The notes under the pieces: model-generated
Told to the model about the DNA's origin: nothing
Seen by the model: the letters and a program-made list of their open reading frames with translations, nothing else
The model's database searches: none
Assembly: GCF_006345805.1 (NCBI RefSeq)
Contig: NC_043000.1
Coordinates: 109,678,001-109,742,000, forward strand
Direction: 5' to 3'
From: Octopus sinensis
Lineage: Eukaryota
DNA: 64,000 bases
Position numbers and translations under genes: made by a program
Part shown: piece by piece, positions 63,595 through 64,000 of the stretch
Position numbering within the stretch: position 1 is the first letter of the stretch
Layout of the letters: every line of letters begins with the position of its first letter

Positions 63595-63801
63595 CTACAG
63601 TTGGATGCCCTTCCTAATGCCAACCACTATGAGAGTGTAATGGGTGCTTTTACATGCTACTGGCACAGATGCCATTTTCATGACACCAGGGTGCATTTAT
63701 GTGCCACTGGCATGCATGCCAATTTGCATGACATTGGTAGTTGCCACAACTGTGAGTTTGCTTGGCTTGATGGGTCTTCCCATGTACGACATAATGCCAA
63801 A
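63595..63801 (-). repeat. Inverted local copy of 61105-61311
   Basis: 207 bp with 4 differences counted by eye. Confidence 0.9.
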
Positions 63802-64000
63802 TTTCCGAGATTTCATTTGCTATGAAACATATGTATTCTGGATCTTATCCACCCCTTTCCTTAATTCTTGTATTCTTATTCACACACCCAGCAACCCTGG
63901 TTACCTGCCATGAAATATAAAAAGAACTTTTTTCAGTTTATCATAGTTTGATATGGAAAAAATCCACAACCTTCTGTTTACATTGTCGTAAGGGGGTACG

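Overview
Eukaryotic, very AT-rich and repeat-dense genomic DNA. The SINE, RTE-tail and microsatellite landscape looks like an octopus/cephalopod genome (inference, not a database result). I recognise no intact, nameable cellular gene, and no rRNA, true tRNA or CRISPR array. Most of the ORF track is microsatellite or repeat noise. The window holds many tRNA-derived SINEs, 5'-truncated RTE and CR1 LINE pieces, several non-autonomous DNA elements (Helitron-, piggyBac-, Merlin- and MULE-like), a 3.6-kb satellite built from an RTE 3' UTR, and a 6.4-kb degenerate (AT)n tract. It also has a motif-dense bidirectional promoter-like island near 16.5 kb and a tentative, phase-consistent minus-strand exon chain at 22-31 kb. 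The most striking signal is a set of otherwise unrelated (TA)n-associated inverted or tandem elements that carry hammerhead-ribozyme architecture, CUGANGA...GAAAC-[palindrome]-GUH. One copy is fully canonical and sits in both arms of a perfect 155-bp inverted repeat (59464-59853); another sits in a 557-bp head-to-tail unit (57851-58720). This points to several Penelope-like/retrozyme-like families with family-specific palindromic loops. All folds and alignments were done by eye. Boundaries of degenerate repeats are approximate, and 1-bp indels between near-identical copies suggest some assembly noise.
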